A stretch of 64,000 nucleotides of DNA, from contig NMRA01000957.1 of the NCBI GenBank assembly GCA_002633005.1, positions 1 to 64,000 on the forward strand, written 5' to 3'. Shown one piece after another: positions 63,796 through 64,000 of the stretch (position 1 is the first letter of the stretch; the number at the start of each line of letters is the position of its first letter). The stretch comes from Phoronis australis (Eukaryota > Animalia > Phoronida). Both the position numbers and the translations under genes were made by a program. The notes beneath the pieces were generated by a model, which ran no database searches, had not been told where the DNA came from, and saw only the letters and a list, made by a program, of their open reading frames with translations.

Positions 63796-64000
63796 GCTCC
63801 TACTGAGAAGAGAACAGCTGACAATGATTTTTGGACAGCTCTGGCTACACTGGTACCCATTTTCTTAAACCTCTTGAAAGATTTTTGTTAAATTTCAGTG
63901 ATGTACTTCTAGGATTGTAACTACAGATGACAATGAATTTCGGACGGATCCGATTGGCATTGTGCCCCTTAGTGGCAAGTTTATTTTTTTACATTTTCCT

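Overview
Eukaryotic (animal) genomic DNA, most likely from a marine invertebrate such as a mollusc or other lophotrochozoan (inferred from the opsin type and transposon repertoire). No prokaryotic features, CRISPR array or rRNA were found, and most ORFs in the supplied track are spurious. The only well-supported host gene is a multi-exon Go-opsin-like (tetraopsin) GPCR on the + strand. It has four phase-consistent coding exons (13914-14076, 19488-19612, 22341-22690, 28329-28556) plus a candidate first coding exon (5982-6060), giving about 314 aa. It keeps the retinal-binding Lys296 and Glu181 but has lost the NPxxY tyrosine. The rest of the window is a dense, often nested set of transposons. 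The most unusual is a full-length gypsy-like LTR retrotransposon with ~120-bp LTRs ending CGCCA..TGGCG, a 3-bp TSD and no room for a normal primer-binding site (Troyka-like). Others are a Kolobok element (THAP plus KolX/P2X7-ballast-like remnants) interrupted by an Academ element, a hAT family with 5-bp TSDs (parent and MITE), a Ginger MITE, a solo LTR, a BEL/Pao relic, Helentron-like and SINE-like repeats. A ~1-kb duplication beside an assembly N probably shows the filled and empty alleles of one insertion.
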